Positions 12,396 through 24,267 of a stretch of 64,000 bases of DNA are shown piece after piece. The notes beneath the pieces were generated by a model. It searched no databases. It was given only the letters and a program-made list of their open reading frames with translations, and was not told the origin of the DNA. The stretch is from Macrostomum lignano. Taxonomy: Eukaryota. Location of the stretch: the NCBI GenBank assembly GCA_002269645.1, contig NIVC01003350.1, positions 1-64,000 of the forward strand, written 5' to 3'. Made by a program: the position numbers and the translations under genes. Within the stretch, counting starts at the first letter, position 1, and the number at the start of each line of letters is the position of its first letter.

Positions 12396-14060
12396 TCAGT
12401 CACTCTGCGCTGGCGGCAGGACCACGGAGCTCTTTCGCTGGGGAGTGCGCAGGCCAGATCGTACGACTGGGGCATCCGAGATGAAGTTCGCAATGCGCTC
12501 CTCCACCTCCTTCGTGCTGAATTGTACTTGGTCTTTCGAAATCGCCTCTGAAATGCAATTACGAGCGCAATATTAATTTAGCAACTCGAGGTCACTATAG
12601 CCTGCTACGAATAGCTTTCTCCTATATAGACGCTTTGGCACTATTCGAACCAAGCCCCAAACGCACTCCTACGACTTAGCAACCTGGAGTGGAAACGAGT
12701 TGTTCACTTTTACCTCACGAGGCCAGACTAGCACAGACAGAGTCAGACAGAGCCATAGACATTCAGTGCTGGCTCCTAATCTTAACAATTGCCAATCCAG
12801 ATTGCTAATTTTAAAACTCCTTGCCCCAGACAAATAAAGCTACCGGGGAGATGATCTATCACCCAATTAACGACGCCAAACCCCGCTTGACTTCGACGAG
12901 ATTTCTTACCTCGATCAGAATTTGTTACTGAACTCCCTTGTTTCTTCTTCTGACGACGTCGTGTTCCCATTTAACTTGATCTGACTAAAAGAAACAATTG
13001 CTTATACACATTCAATCAGAAAGGCTCTCGAGCTAGATATATATTTTTAAAATCCAACTTTACCAACCAAAATATTTGTTTCCTTATCATCACGAGACAG
13101 CCGGTTGGGCCTAGTTCCAGATTTTGGCGCTGCCTATTCCGGGTGACTCTTGAACCTTCAAAGTAGTAATTGTGGCTGAGGGTTCATTTTTATTGGATGC
13201 TTCCTCCAAAATGAGTTTTTTTGCTACCCGCATAGTCTTCGTCCTAATAAAAAGGCCGATTTGAGTCTACTAACTCGGTAGGCTACTAATCCGATTAACG
13301 TTCCAGGCGGCAGGAAAAGGCAAAGGCCTGTCGATATGATGGACGTATCATCACAGGCATCCAAAGTTCTATCGGCAGTAGATAGGTAGATCGGCAGTGG
13401 AGTAATGCAAAAGCTTCAGGTAGAACGAATCAACATTTATTAAGCGCCCCTCGTCCATTAGCGCAATAGCTAGACAACCAATCCAAAAACTGACTCGGCT
13501 TACTCGGATTTTTAAACTCCTCAACATCAACTGGTATATTTTCAGCCACTCGACGACGTAACCAACGATATGCTTTATGCGACAAGGCTTGTACCATACG
13601 AATGGCATATAGAGAAGTAGCATCAAGATTTTCCAAGTGGTTACTATACGTTGTATTCTGTCGTGGTCCTCTGAAATCCGAATCGTCAGGTCCAGCTGAC
13701 GACGACATTCTTCTACGATAGCATTGTTTGCTGTAGTAAGATGTCGAGTTCCGAAACTGAACCCTCCTCGAACCAAAGTTTCAACCTCCGAGTATACCTT
13801 GTCTGAGGAAGCAGTAGTTCCCCTGGATCTTACCAGCTTCTTGACGTGAGCTGCTGTCTTTGAGGCTCGTTTGACTGGAGTGCCCACGGGCTGCGGGCTG
13901 CAGGCGACGTTTCCTTCTACCGGCTGGCTTCATAGTCTCGTCTTCCTCAGTGGTGAATGGAAGAGACGAAGTAGGGATGTGCCAGCGTAGGGCCTGGTCT
14001 AGAGTTGACAGGTGCTTTGGGTCGTTGTCAACCGGAGTGAGCGAGCGAAGGGCCATGTAC
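12396..14060 (-). pseudogene. Degenerate multi-exon coding sequence of unknown function, reminiscent of DUF4806/BEN-type TE accessory proteins
   Basis: Clean acceptor tttcag at 12548 followed by a GC-rich terminal exon 12547-12396 (EAISKDQVQFSTKEVEERIANFISDAP...*). Protein-like fragments lie upstream (TEEDETMKPAGRRKRR; VDVEEFKNPSKPSQFLDWLSSY). The family call is by eye only. Confidence 0.3.
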
Positions 14061-14534
14061 GTGTTACTATCCGCTGATGGTACAGCTAGTAGATGCTGGC
14101 TTGTACAGATACATGCAGATTGTACAGGCCACTGTCCCCCTTCAGCTCCTTAACATCGACTTAATTCACGCACCTCCTGGTTAGGCAGAGCTCGGACGGT
14201 GAAGCAGGGCAGTGAATTGCTTGATCGCAATCCACGGGGCAATTCGGAAAGGATCGTAAAATATATTCGTGTGAGTATTAGATGAGGAGGTTTGGAGTTT
14301 ATTCTTTATCTGGGACGTGAGTTAAGACGGGATAAGGTTGGTCTATGGGAGTTTGTGGTGGCCGTTATGTCACCTGAGTCTATATCCTGAGTCTACATCC
14401 TGAGTCTATAAATAGAAACACCCCTACTGTTACCATAACCAAAGACTAATCACTACTGCGCTGATAACTAATACTGCTATAATATACGCTCTCCTCTGCC
14501 GATCGCAATTAGTCGGTTTGGTTAATATTGAATA

Positions 14535-15281
14535 TAGCTTTTTGCAGCCCATTTGGGCTTACGCGCATTGAATTTAATCCAAGATATGTTTGTCAAAGTA
14601 ATGGAGCTTTTGTCTATGGTAGCAAGGCTGGCACAGCGGCATTTAATTTGGTCCAACAAGCATTAATTTGGTCCATTTAGTTCATTTGCAGCTCAATCCC
14701 AGAATTGTGGACCATATGCTAGGCTGTTGAACGAATGTCATTGGCTTGTGATCAAAGCACTCGACGGAGGTGAACACCCAAAGGACATTGCAAGGTTGCT
14801 GAATGTAAAAGAAAAGGTGGTTTATAGCATCCAGCAGCGCCTTGAAACTCTGCCGGCAGAGATTGCCTGCGAAAGGTTGGCAATCGCCAAGGAAAGTTGC
14901 TCGAGAGCCTCAGGTCCAACTGCTACTCGATGCTGTGGAGACGAACCCTTTGTTGACGTTTCAGAAAATGCAGCAGAAGTTGAGGGAACAGCTCTAGTTG
15001 ATTATCAGATTGCGACTATCAGCAGAGCTCTGGAAAAGCGACTGAAAATTTTTGGTAGAGACGCTGACATTCCAGCGGTGCGCAACAACCTGCAGACGGT
15101 TGAGAGAAGGCAAGAGTTTGTCCAATGGCTCACGAGTGTTTGGACCAAATGGATGCTTGTTGGACCAAATCAAATGCCGCTGCGCCAGCTTTGCTACCAT
15201 AGACAAAAGCTCCGTTACATTGGCAAACGTATCTTGGATTAAATTAAATGCGCGTAAGCCCAAATGGGCTGCAAAATGCTA
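14535..15281 (+). mobile_element. Non-autonomous IS630/Tc1-like DNA transposon with about 140-bp TIRs and TA target duplication
   Basis: 14535-14674 is the reverse complement of about 15141-15281 with few mismatches, and TA flanks both ends. The internal ORF has an HTH-like N-terminus (GEHPKDIARLLNVKEKVVYSI) and IATISRAL..RNNLQTVERRQEFVQWL, truncated before the DDE domain. Confidence 0.75.
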
Positions 15282-15720
15282 TATTTCAAGTCTCTGTTCA
15301 TTCCCAAAGATACAAAAAGTCCAATCTTCTCAGCTCATTTGCTTCACGGTCGAAAAGCTTTGTTTGTTGTAGCGGATTAGCGCTCCTTAGCTCAGCAACC
15401 TGACATACAATAATTAAAAATGAGCAGGTTTATAACAAAATCTTTTGTTGCCAAAATGTGCGCCGGCGAGTTAGAACATATTTATTTCTCAGAATAAATT
15501 TTAATAAAAACATCTTAAATTTAGTGATTTAAGTAGTGTTATTTTTGTATGTATATTTACCTTAAATATTTCTTCAAAGTTATCGCCAACATCTTTTTTA
15601 GAAATATATAATTTAGGTTAGGGAACTAATCCAGTAATCCACTGAAGTTGATTTCGATAAGTTAAAATCTTTAAAGATAAATTTACACCTAGTCCTAGTA
15701 GAGCCAACCGCCTACTTAGT

Positions 15721-16608
15721 AAACTTGCTAACGAAGTTAACGAACCAATGTTGTAACATTTCAATTTAGACCTACAGACATCCACGATCCACCTAAGTCC
15801 TAACATATGCATCACATGTAGGGGTAAATGTAGGGGTAACAAAGTAGTAAAATTTCAGTAATTACATTTAATTATTGCAAATAGCTCTAATATATAAAGT
15901 CCACATTAAACAGTATTAACAGTTAAAACTTTTCTTGATTGTCAATGCAAAAGCAAAATTATTTTCATTTTTTGGGCCCAATAACCTATTCTTATATACA
16001 TTTAATTTTTGTACTCAGTCTTAGTGTTAGGCCTATACTATACCTACCTATACCTAAGAAGCTAAGGCATACTGATTAAAATGGGGCTTGATAGCTATAG
16101 ATAGTAGCTAACAAACAGAGTTAATCGCCTCTATTTTATGATTTAATTTTTTCATAGATTTGCTTATATGGTTATATTTGTGTTACTGCTGTTACCAAAG
16201 TGGCTCTAAGGCTTTCCTATCTTATAGCTATCATAAAATTTTTAACAGATGTAATATAGACCAATTATTGATTTTTGACTGATTTCTATATATAATGTCT
16301 AAGCAAAAGTCTAAGAATAAGTCTAAGTATTTCTTACTTGTTATGCTTACTAATAGTATTCTTCTTACTTATTAGCTTATAATTAGTAAAATACCAAATC
16401 TTTACTATATACCAAGCAGTCTCAAAATTTCTTATATAGTTGTCTGCTGTTTATTTAAACTTGCTAACGAAGTTAACAAACCAATGTTGTAACATTTCAA
16501 TTTAGACCTACAGACATCCACGATCCACCTAAGTCCTAACACATGCATCACATGTAGGGGTACATGTAGGGATAACAAAGTAGTAAAATTTCAGTAATAA
16601 CATTTAAT
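15721..16608 (+). repeat. About 150-bp direct duplication (15721-15872 and 16457-16608)
   Basis: aaacttgctaacgaagttaac...aaagtagtaaaatttcagtaa is present twice with few differences. Confidence 0.9.
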
Positions 16609-17126
16609 ATTTGAGAACTAACTCAATACTGTATCTGATAAAAATACAATTTAAATAAAATTGAAAGAAATTGAAGTTGAATATTATTATTAAGTATTAG
16701 CATAGTTGAGCAAACCTTAAATATTATTTACTTATTAGAAGACTATTAAAACAACAATGATTGGTACAATTTTTAATATAGTATGCTGATATAATTTTTA
16801 AAAATTTCAATGACCATTCATATTTTGTTTTTTAGTTATATCTCTCTCACATTCTAGGCCTATTGCACTTTGGCTTAGAGACATGTGATAGTTTAAATGA
16901 ACTATACTTTGTATGCATTATATTCTTCATATTTGTGCTTTACCTATGAGTGTTTTGCCATGAGTTATATAAAAAATAACTTTTTTTAAAAACATATGCA
17001 GGGTTTTCTGAGATTTATTAATAATCCTGTTTTGTGATAATTTATTGACAAAACACTGCAGCAAGAAACTCGTGCCTCAGTGCTGTGAGATGCCCCAGTA
17101 TTGCCACTGGAGCTGCCAGCATTGCC

Positions 17127-20100
17127 ATGAGATTGCCATTCTCTGTACGCCGCCGTGGCCGCCTATTGTCAGCTCTGCTGGCTGGCTGCTCCCTGCTCTG
17201 CCTGCTGTCCATCGCACGTGATGGCTCTGCCGGCAGAGCTGCCAGCAGCAGCCCAGATTGCCAGTGTGAAATCGCGGGCAGCCTCGGGGTGGCATCGGCG
17301 GCCGGCTCCGGCGCAAATGCTTCACTGGCTGCTGGGCCCAGCCTGACCCCAGGGCGTCAGCAACTGGACTGCCAGGCCATCCATGTGGCGCTCATTGTTG
17401 GCGGCCAAACCGCCACTCGCTACGCTGTGACGGTGGTCAAGAGTGTCCTGTTTCACCGGTCAACCCCCATCCACCTGCATCTGGTCACTGCAGGCCGAGC
17501 AGAGCGGGTGCTCAAGACTTTGTTTCGAACTTGGAGAATTCCTCACCTCAGAGTGGATTATTATGATACAGCCACTGATCAGGTAGGTCTAATGTACTGT
17601 TTCTTTGCGTAGGTGTGTCCGAGATTGAACCTTACTGTGAATGGTAGGATTCCCCTGTGAATGGTAGGATTCCCCTGTGAATGGTAGGATTCCCCTGTTA
17701 ATGGTAGGATTCCCCTGTTAATGGTAGGATTCCCCTGTGAATGGTAGGATTCCCCTGTGAATGGTAGGATTCCTCTGTGAATGTTAGAATTCCCCTGTGA
17801 ATTCACAGGATTCCCCTGTGAATGCCAGAATTCCCCTGTGAATGCTATAATTTCATTGGGAATGGTAGAATTCCCTTATGAATGTTAGAATTCCCCTGTG
17901 AATGTTAGAATTCCCCTGTGAATGGTAGGATTCCCCTGTTAATGGTAGGATTCCCCTGTGAATGTTAGAATTTCCCTGTGAATGGTAGGATTCCCCTGTG
18001 AATGTTAGGATTCCCCTGTGAATGTTAGAATTCCCCTGTGAATGGTAGGATTCCCCTGTGAATGTTAGAATTCCCATGTGAATGTTAGAAATCACCATAA
18101 GAGCCTCTTTATAATTTTACTAATACGGTACCTTTTTGCAATTACCAGGATGCCAAAGCAAAAAAGCGGTCCCAATTTTTATATCCGCATTCCTGAACTC
18201 CCCCTGCGGCAGGTGAGCTGGCTGTCCAACACGCACTACTCAGGCGTGTACGGCCTGCTAAAGCTGACGCTGCCCTCCGTGCTGCCCCGGTCTCTCGAGC
18301 GGGTCATTGTGCTGGACACTGACGTGGCGGTGACGGCCGACCCCCTCCAGCTGTGGCAGCTGTTCGGCCAGCTGGCCGAGCGGCCCGGCCTCGCTATCGG
18401 GCTGGCGGACAACCTGTCCGATTGGTACCTGTCTGGCAAGGCCGGGGTCTGGCCAGCTCTGGGGCGCGGCTTCAACACCGGGGTGATGCTCATGCACCTC
18501 GCCAGGCTGCGGGCCTGGGGCTGGGACAGGCACTGGCCTGCCGTGGCCAGGGAGTGCGCGGCCAAGCATGGACCCGCCCAGCTGGCTGACCAGGTGTGGC
18601 GGTGCTTCACCTGATGGGGATTTGGGATATTTTATAGTTGGTGGGGATTTGTAATATTTTTATAGTTGGTGGGGTTTTGGGATATTTTTATAGTTGGTGG
18701 GGTTTTGGGATATTTTAATGTTGGTGGGGTTTTGGGATATTTTTATAGTTGGTGGGGTTCTGGGATATTTTAATGTTGGTGGGGTTTTGGGATATTTTAT
18801 AGTTGGTGGGGTTTTGGGATATTTTTTATGTTGGTGGGGTTTTGGGATATTTTATAGTTGGTGGGGTTTTGGGATATTTTTTATGTTGGTGGGGTTTTGG
18901 GATATTTTATAGTTGGTGGGGTTTTGGGATATTTTATAGTTTCTGAGGATTAGGGATATTTTATAGTTACCGAGGATTAGGGATATTTTAAATCTTTAAT
19001 GTGATAACAGAAAGAGTTGGGATATTTCTTTTATTTAAGATTTTGGCGACTGAATCCCGGAATCCCTCGGCACCAACTCCGCCCGCCCGCAGGACGTCAT
19101 CAACGCCCTGGTGCGGCGGCACCCGGGTCTGCTGTACCGAATCCCCTGCTACTGGAATGTGCAGCTCGGTGACCACACCCAGCCGGAACTGTGCTACCGC
19201 TCCCCCGCCAACCTGCCCAGCGTTCGCATCCTGCACTGGAACTCGCCGCTGAAGGTTTGGGGCGCCCGCAGGCATCGATTCGCGCAGCACTTCCACACGC
19301 TGTACATGACCTACTTGGACTATGATGGCGGCCTGTTGCGCAGGCGGCTGTTCGCCTGTCCGGACGATGGCGCGGAGGACGACCAGGACCAGCTGCTGGC
19401 AGAGGACGCCTCCGGTGCCAACTCGCTCGCCGGCCCGGCTGCCGCTGGCGTCAGCGCCGGGGACGAGTGCTACGAGATGCGGGCGGAGCAGCGGCTGGTC
19501 CGGAGGACGCACCTGTACTACTTGGAGTACAACTACACCGCCCAGGGGCCTCACGATGTCACCCTGGTCAGCCAGCTCAGTCTGGATCGGGTACAGCTGC
19601 TGGAGAGCCTGTCGCGACACTGGGCCGGCCCCATCAGCCTTTGCATCTACGTCACGGATGCTGAGGCCCACCAGTTGGCCACCTTTGTTGAGTCTTCTCA
19701 GGTTTGTGCGATCCCACATCCCTAATCAATGAGATCCCACATCCCTAATCAATGAGATCCCACATCCCTAACCAATGAGATCCCACATCCCTAATCAATG
19801 AGATCCCACATCCCTAATCAATGAGATCCCACATCCCTAACCAATGAGATCCCACATCCCTAACCAATGAGATCTCACATCCCTAACCAATGAGATCCCA
19901 CATCTCTAATCAATGAGACCCCACATCCCTAACCAATGAGATCCCAAATCCCTAATCAATGAGATCCACATCCCTAACCAATGAGATCCCACATCCCTAA
20001 CCAATGAGATCCCACATCCCTAACCAATGAGATCCCACATCCCTAAAAAATGAGATCCCACATACCTAACTAATGAGATCCACATCCCTAACCAATGAGA

Positions 20101-21655
20101 TCTCACATCCCTAACCAATGAGATCCCACATCCCTAACCAATGAGATCCCACATCCCTAACCAATGAGATCCCACATCCCTAACCAATGAGATCTCACAT
20201 CCCTAATCAATGAGATCCACATCCCTAACCAATGAGATCCCACATCCCTAACCAATGAGATCCCACATCCCTAACCAATGAGATCCCACATCCCTAACCA
20301 ATGAGATCTCACATCCCTAACCAATGAGATCTCACATCCCTAACCAATGAGATCCCACATCCCTAACCAATGAGATCCCAAATCCCTAACCAATGAGATC
20401 TCACATCCCTAACCAATGAGATCTCACATCCCTAACCAATGAGATCCCAATCCGCAACCTTTCCAGGTGCTGCGTCACCGCCGCAACATTGCCTACCACC
20501 TGCTGATGAAGGAGGGCCAGTTCTATCCTGTGAACCGGCTCCGCAATGTAGCCATGGAGAACGCCGTGACCGACTTTGTGTTCCTGCTGGACTTCGACTT
20601 CCTGCCCAGTCTGGGGCTCTACGAGCATCTCAGGTCCGAGATTGCCAGATTCTCCGCCCAGCAACGGCAGCAGAGGGTGGCCCTGATTGTGCCCGCATTC
20701 GAGACATTCCAGTACAAGCTGCAATTCCCCGCCAGCAAGGCCGAGTTGCTGAGCCGCCTCAACCTGGGGGAGATTGTTCCCTTCAGGCAGGAGGTTAGTA
20801 GTGCGTGGGCCGATTAGGCAGCCTGTGTCAAATCCTGCCTTATAAAGTATTTTTCGCTACATGTCGGCTATTGTCGGCTAGGTTTTTTATCTGGCGCCAC
20901 TGTTAGTGTCTGGCGCCACTGATATTATCTGGCGCCACTGTTAGTGTCTGGCGCTACTGTTAGTGTTTGGCGCCACTGTTAGTGTCTGGCGCCACTGATA
21001 TTATCTGGCGCCACTGTTAGTGTCTGGCGCCATTGTTAGTGTCTGGCGCCACTGTTAGTATATGACGCCACTGCCTGGCGCCAACTTTTATGTGACGTGT
21101 TGCCCTTGCTGGTTTTTGGTGTCTTTGTTAGCGTCTGGCGCCTATTTGAATTACGAGTATGTCGTGGCCCCAGTCCCAGACCGAGGCCCTGTGCTTAACC
21201 AGTCTTGACTCTCGTGCACCCATTGTGTTCTCTCTCAACCCTACAAGGTGTTCCGGGAGGGCCACCGGGCCACGGACTTCACCCGGTGGAAGTCGGCCAC
21301 CCAGTCGTACCCGGTGACCTGGCAGGCTGACTTCGAGCCCTACGTGGTCATCGGCCGGGACGCCGCCAGGTTTGACACCAGATTCGTGGGGTTCGGCTGG
21401 AACAAGGTGTCCTTCATCATGCAGCTGGACATCCTGGGATTCGCTTTCCGAGTGCTGCCCAATGCCTTCATCGTGCACCTGCCGCACGCGCCGAGTCTGG
21501 ACGTGGCGAGGTTCAGGTTCATACCGGAGTACCGGCACTGCATCAACACGCTGAAGGTGGAGTACATCAAGTACTTGGCTAAGAGGCATGGAGTCCGCGC
21601 GCTCAAGTATTTGTCATTTCGTAGGGACGCGAGTGGGTCTGTGGGATCGTCCTAG
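17127..21655 (+). CDS. LARGE: LARGE-like bifunctional xylosyl- and glucuronyltransferase (GT8 + GT49), about 726 aa
   Basis: Phase-0 exons 17127-17582, 18213-18593, 19093-19701, 20467-20793, 21248-21655. N-terminal TM anchor; VSWLSNTHYSGVYGLLKL, VIVLDTD (DxD), GFNTGVMLM, LADQ|DVIN, PCYWNVQL, YPVNRLRNVA, LDFDFLPS (DxD), FEPYVV, FVGFGWNKVS. Confidence 0.95.
17636..18078. repeat. 20-bp minisatellite (GAATGGTAGGATTCCCCTGT)n in LARGE intron 1
   Basis: Tandem copies in two blocks. Confidence 0.95.
18612..18990. repeat. About 28-bp minisatellite (TTTTATAGTTGGTGGGGTTTTGGGATA)n in LARGE intron 2
   Basis: Tandem copies start just after the donor. Confidence 0.93.
19710..20450. repeat. 23-bp minisatellite (AATGAGATCCCACATCCCTAACC)n filling LARGE intron 3
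   Basis: The array spans nearly the whole intron 19702-20466. Confidence 0.95.
20891..21085. repeat. 19-bp minisatellite (CTGGCGCCACTGTTAGTGT)n in LARGE intron 4
   Basis: About 9-10 tandem copies. Confidence 0.9.
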
Positions 21656-21705
21656 CAGCATTCCCTGGGACTCTTGGGTAGCTGGATCTTGCGTCACTGG
21701 CTGCT

Positions 21706-23700
21706 GAGATGCTGTGTGTCTCACTGAGATGCTGTGTGTCTCACTGAGATTCTGTGTGTCTCACTGAGATGCTGTGTGTCTCACTGAGATGCTGTGTGTC
21801 TCACTGAGATTCTGTGTGTCTCACTGAGATGCTGTATGTCTCACTGAGATGCTGTGTGTCTCACTGAGATGCTATATGTCTCACTGAGATTCTGTGTGTC
21901 TCACTGACATGCTGTGTGTCTCACTGAGATGCTGTGTGTCTCACTGAGATGCTATGTGTCTCACTGAGATGCTGTGTGTCTCACTGAGATGCTGTGTGTC
22001 TCACTGAGATGCTGTGTGTCTCACTGAAATGCTGTGTGTCTCACTGACATGCTATGTGTCTCACTGAGATTCTGTGTGTCTCACTGAGATGCTGTATGTC
22101 TCACTGAGATGCTGTGTGTCTCACTGAGATGCTATGTGTCTCATGCTGTGTGTCTCACTGAGATGCTGTGTGTCTCACTGAGATGCTGTGTGTCTCACTG
22201 AGATGCTGTGTGTCTCACTGAGATGCTGTGTGTCTCACTGAGATGCTGTGTGTCTCACTGAGATGCTGTGTGTCTCACTGAAATGCTGTGTGTCTCACTG
22301 ACATGCTGTGTGTCTCACTGAGATGCTGTGTGTCTCACTGAGATGCTGTGTGTCTCACTGACATGCTGTGTGTCTCACTGAAATGCTGTGTGTCTCACTG
22401 ACATGCTGTGTGTCTCACTGAGATTCTGTGTGTCTCACTGAGATGCTGTATGTCTCACTGAGATGCTGTGTGTCTCACTGAGATGCTATATGTCTCACTG
22501 AGATGCTGTGTGTCTCACTGAGATTCTGTGTGTCTCACTGAGATGCTGTGTGTCTTACTGAGATGCTGTGTGTCTCACTGAGATGTTGTGTGTCTCACTG
22601 AGATGCTGTGTGTCTTACTGAGATGCTGTGTGTCTCACTGAGATGCTGTGTGTCTCACTGAGATGCTGTATGTCTCACTGAGATGCTGTGTGTCTCACTG
22701 AGATGCTGTGTGTCTCACTGAAATGCTGTGTGTCTCACTGACATGCTGTGTGTCTCACTGAGATTCTGTGTGTCTCACTGAGATGCTGTATGTCTCACTG
22801 AGATGCTGTGTGTCTCACTGAGATGCTATATGTCTCACTGAGATGCTGTGTGTCTCACTGAGATTCTGTGTGTCTCACTGAGATGCTGTGTGTCTTACTG
22901 AGATGCTGTGTGTCTCACTGAGATGTTGTGTGTCTCACTGAGATGCTGTGTGTCTTACTGAGATGCTGTGTGTCTCACTGAGATGCTGTGTGTCTCACTG
23001 AGATGCTGTATGTCTCACTGAGATGCTGTGTGTCTCACTGAGATGCTGTGTGTCTCACTGAGATGCTGTGTGTCTCACTGAGATGCTGTGTGTCTCACTG
23101 AGATGCTGTGTGTCTCACTGAGATGCTGTGTGTCTTACTGAGATGCTGTGTGTCTCATTGAGATGCTGTGTGTCTTACTGAGATGCTGTGTGTCTCACTG
23201 AGATGCTGTGTGTCTCACTGAGATGCTGTGTGTCTTACTGAGATGCTGTGTGTCTCACTGAGATGTTGTGTGTCTCACTGAGATGCTGTGTGTCTCACTG
23301 AGATGCTGTGTGTCTCACTGAGATGCTGTGTGTCTCACTGAGATGCTGTATGTCTCACTGAGATGCTGTGTGTCTCACTGAGATGCTGTGTGTCTCACTG
23401 AGATGCTGTGTGTCTCACTGAGATGCTGTGTGTTTCACTGAGATGCTGTGTGTCTCACCGAGATGCTGTGTGTCTTACTGAGATGCTGTGTGTCTTACTG
23501 AGATGCTGTGTGTCTCACTGAGATGCTGTGTGTCTTACTGAGATGCTGTGTGTCTCACTGAGATGCTGTGTGTCTCACTGAGATGCTGTGTGTCTCACTG
23601 AGATGCTGTGTGTCTCACTGAGATGCTGTGTGTCTCACTGAGATGCTGTGTGTCTCACTGAGATGCTGTGTGTCTCACTGAGATGCTGTGTGTCACTGAG
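21706..23700. repeat. 20-bp satellite (CTGAGATGCTGTGTGTCTCA)n, about 100 copies, just 3' of the LARGE stop
   Basis: Highly homogeneous. A 340-bp (17-unit) higher-order duplication is visible at 22381 and 22721. Confidence 0.97.
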
Positions 23701-24267
23701 AATCGCATGATAGATACTTAAGATTTTCACTTCAACAAAAAGATTTTAATTTCTGCTATTTACGCCAATTTTTTCAACATATCCTCCTTATACTACTTAA
23801 CAAGTGAGCAAAATATCAGTAGTATCAGCTGAACACCAGCCGCAGACATGCAGTTGTTATTCCACTCCAGTTCATTCTAGTCAAAGCGACTTTGTTCTTT
23901 GCTTTTATTTGCTAAAGTATCGATTGGAAATTGCTAGCAAAATGTTGTGCACCAAATGCGGGTTTTTATTCGTGTACTCTGCACACTTTACACCAATGTT
24001 TATCTTGCACCGATCACGTTCTTATCAGTTCGATTTAAATCCCAATTTGACCCTGATTTGTAGCATTTATTGCATTTTAATTGCACGGCGAATTCAATCG
24101 ATTGCTTAATTGATCAATTATTAGTTCATCTTGTGCTGCAATGTGTAAAATGAAAAGGCTTAATTAAAAACTGAAAAAATTTGTTAAAGCTAGGGATATA
24201 ATTAATACCAACGGCTTCTGAATCTCAAATTGGATACTTGTGAATCTTCCATTATTAATTTATTTTT

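Noticed and set aside
20439-20724. Overlapping alternative-frame and antisense ORFs across LARGE, RXR and lectin exons
   Set aside because: They are shadow ORFs of GC-rich coding sequence.
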